Shown here: positions 62,391 through 64,000 of the stretch, one piece after another | Layout of the letters: every line of letters starts with the position of its first letter | How positions within the stretch are numbered: the stretch's first letter is position 1 | Position numbers and translations under genes: made by a program | Notes under the pieces: model-generated | What the model saw: only the letters and a program-made list of their open reading frames with translations | The model's database searches: none | What the model was told of the DNA's origin: nothing | Source of the DNA: Geobacter sp. | Lineage (GTDB): Bacteria; Desulfobacterota; Desulfuromonadia; Geobacterales; Geobacteraceae | Direction: 5' to 3' | DNA: 64,000 nucleotides | Assembly (NCBI RefSeq): GCF_027327745.1 | Contig: NZ_DAHVYG010000085.1 | Span: 20,465 to 84,464, forward strand

Positions 62391-64000
62391 TTAACGATTC
62401 GCTACGAGCAGAAATTTTTCCTTTTCCCCCAGCTCCCGGGGCGGGACGGCGGCCTTCCCGCAGAAGGCGGGAAAGATGTCCTTTTTCATGAGCACGATGA
62501 CCCGGGTGGGGGAGTTCCAGAGCCGGAAGAACCGCTCGTCGTCCACAAACCAGCGGCTCTGGTCCCCCTGACGGCTCCCGAAGTCGAGCTCACCCCGTTC
62601 ATTGGCGATGAGGATGCGGCGCCCCGCATAGAACGAGAACCCCTGCTGGTAGGTGTTGTAGCTGGCGATGACGGTGCTGCTGTCGGCGCTGGCCCGCGCC
62701 AGGAGCCCCAAGTCGCGGGAGGATTTGCGCTCCGTCGCCCGCTCCAGGACGAGGGCCGACCCGACGATCCCGACGACCAGCGAGGCGATTGTCAGGGTGC
62801 GGAAAAACGCCAGCCGGCTCTCCCGCCGCAGCGCCGCGAGACAGGCGCCCCCACCCGCCGCGAAGGCAAGGCCGAGGATGGCGCTTTCCGTCACCCCGAG
62901 CCGCGGTCTGGGGGCCAGGTGGGGGTAGAGAGCGACCCCGATGCCGGCAATGATGAAGAGGATGGCGGTGAACATGGGAACCTCCCGCGCCGGCGGCGTC
63001 TCTTCGTCGCAGAGGCTGCTGAACATCTCGCCGATCAGGATTGCCAGGGCGGGGAAGATCGGGAAGATGTACGGGATGAGCTTGGAGTCGGAGAGGGAGA
63101 AGAAGACGAAGATGACCGCCCCCCAGAGAAAGAGGTAGAGCCTTCCGTCGTCCCGGGCCTGTTCCCGCTCCCGCCAGAGCCTCTTTGCCGCGGTGGGAAG
63201 GAAGAACGACCAGGGGAACATCCCGCCGATGAGGACCGGGATGAAGAACCAGAACGGCTGGTAACGGTGGTGGACCTTGGTGAGGAACCGCTCGAAGTGC
63301 TCGTGGATGAAGAAGAAACGGGCGAATTCCGGGTTGCGGAGGGAGACGAGCACGAACCAGGGGGCCGCCACGAGGAGAAAGAGCGGGATGCCGGTGGCGA
63401 GCCGCATCTCCCTCAGCAGCCGCCAGCGCCGGGTGAGCAGCATGTAGAGAAAGATCACCCCGCCGGGGAGGACGATCCCGATGAGCCCCTTGGCCAGGAC
63501 GGTGAGGGCGGCGCTGAGGTAGAAGAGGTAATAGTAGAGTGTGGCCCGTTTTTCGTCCGGTCGTGTCGCCAGGAGGAAAAACCCGAGGGTGGCGCTCATG
63601 CAGATGCTCAGGGTCATGTCGATGACGTTGAAGCGCCCGAGGACGAGGTAGCCGGTGGCGGTGCCGAGGACCAGGGCGGAAAAGAGCCCCGCCCGCCGGC
63701 CGTAGAGGGTCCGGCCGACGTGGTAGGTGAGGAGGATGCCAAGCAGGGCGAAGAGGGCGGTGGGAAGGCGGGCCGCGAACTCGTTGAGCCCGAAGATCTT
63801 GAACGAGAGGGCGTTCAGCCAGTAGAGGAGCGGCGGCTTCTCGAAGTACTTGACATAGTTGAGGTACGGGGTGACGAAGTCCCCCGATTCGAGCATCTCC
63901 CGCGGGATCTCCGCATAGCGCCCCTCGTCGGGCTCCAGGAGCGGAATCCGGTGGAGGATCTGCAGGAAGGCGAAGCCGAAAACGGCGCAGAGGATGGCGA
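62391..64000 (-). CDS. arnT: 4-amino-4-deoxy-L-arabinose transferase (GT39/PMT_2 family), 5'-partial (continues beyond the window end)
   Basis: The reading frame stays open upstream of M at 63896 (...LEPDEGRYAEIPREMLESGDFVTPYLNYVKYFEKPPLLYW, the conserved ArnT N-terminal motif). There are more than 10 TM helices. Confidence 0.85.
   Translation of the reverse strand, partial: AILCAVFGFAFLQILHRIPLLEPDEGRYAEIPREMLESGDFVTPYLNYVKYFEKPPLLYWLNALSFKIFGLNEFAARLPTALFALLGILLTYHVGRTLYGRRAGLFSALVLGTATGYLVLGRFNVIDMTLSICMSATLGFFLLATRPDEKRATLYYYLFYLSAALTVLAKGLIGIVLPGGVIFLYMLLTRRWRLLREMRLATGIPLFLLVAAPWFVLVSLRNPEFARFFFIHEHFERFLTKVHHRYQPFWFFIPVLIGGMFPWSFFLPTAAKRLWREREQARDDGRLYLFLWGAVIFVFFSLSDSKLIPYIFPIFPALAILIGEMFSSLCDEETPPAREVPMFTAILFIIAGIGVALYPHLAPRPRLGVTESAILGLAFAAGGGACLAALRRESRLAFFRTLTIASLVVGIVGSALVLERATERKSSRDLGLLARASADSSTVIASYNTYQQGFSFYAGRRILIANERGELDFGSRQGDQSRWFVDDERFFRLWNSPTRVIVLMKKDIFPAFCGKAAVPPRELGEKEKFLLVANR

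Noticed and set aside
1-64000. Search for rRNA, tRNA, tmRNA, CRISPR arrays, IS transposases, integrases, reverse transcriptases (retron/DGR) and toxin-antitoxin pairs
   Set aside because: None was recognised by eye in any intergenic region or ORF. tRNAscan-SE, Infernal/Rfam and ISfinder searches would be needed to exclude small RNAs formally.

Overview
High-GC chromosome segment from a Gram-negative bacterium. A sampled line at 36001 has 37/60 G+C. Gene content and the GC-rich hairpin repeats resemble Geobacter/Desulfuromonadales, but that lineage call is an inference only. I support about 70 protein genes and found no rRNA, tRNA, CRISPR array, transposase or integrase by eye.

Layout:
- 0.2-3.5 kb: ROK kinase, LOG, pfkA.
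- 3.6-7.0 kb: decayed patch with a frameshifted coiled-coil gene, an N-terminally truncated Schlafen-associated regulator, the 5' stump of a SWIM/SNF2 helicase gene, and an AT-richer insert.
- 7-11.5 kb: hydrolase, phosphoribosyltransferase, acyl-ACP thioesterase, an outer-membrane beta-barrel protein, rarD.
- 11.5-15.7 kb: TetR-controlled redox/detoxification operon.
- 15.8-22.6 kb: TetR plus a tripartite RND efflux operon.
- 22.7-28.7 kb: Ada/Ogt, Hsp20, a papain-like peptidase fused to an alpha/beta-hydrolase, a VOC protein, a signal-peptide truncated globin.
- 29.0-42.1 kb: 13 co-directional minus-strand genes rich in degradative enzymes.
- 42.8-45.4 kb: Tat superoxide-reductase-like protein and an ECF sigma operon.
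- 45.5-48.8 kb: AT-richer type II restriction-modification island with a controller protein and C-box.
- 48.8-52.3 kb: two-component genes.
- 54.2 kb: OprO/P-type porin.
- 55.8-64.0 kb: arn (L-Ara4N lipid A modification) operon, running off the window.

Best candidate for an undescribed system: the triad at 38.5-42.1 kb. It comprises a B12-binding radical SAM enzyme, a Cys-free protein with five invariant E-P-A-H repeats (three of them preceded by Arg), and a stand-alone caspase-like protease. It heads the 13-gene array, which also encodes a peptidoglycan amidase-SH3 protein, a large Cys/Trp-rich protein, a gingipain-like His/Cys protein, an SNase-like nuclease and a patatin phospholipase.

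All family assignments come from motif recognition by eye. No database search was run.
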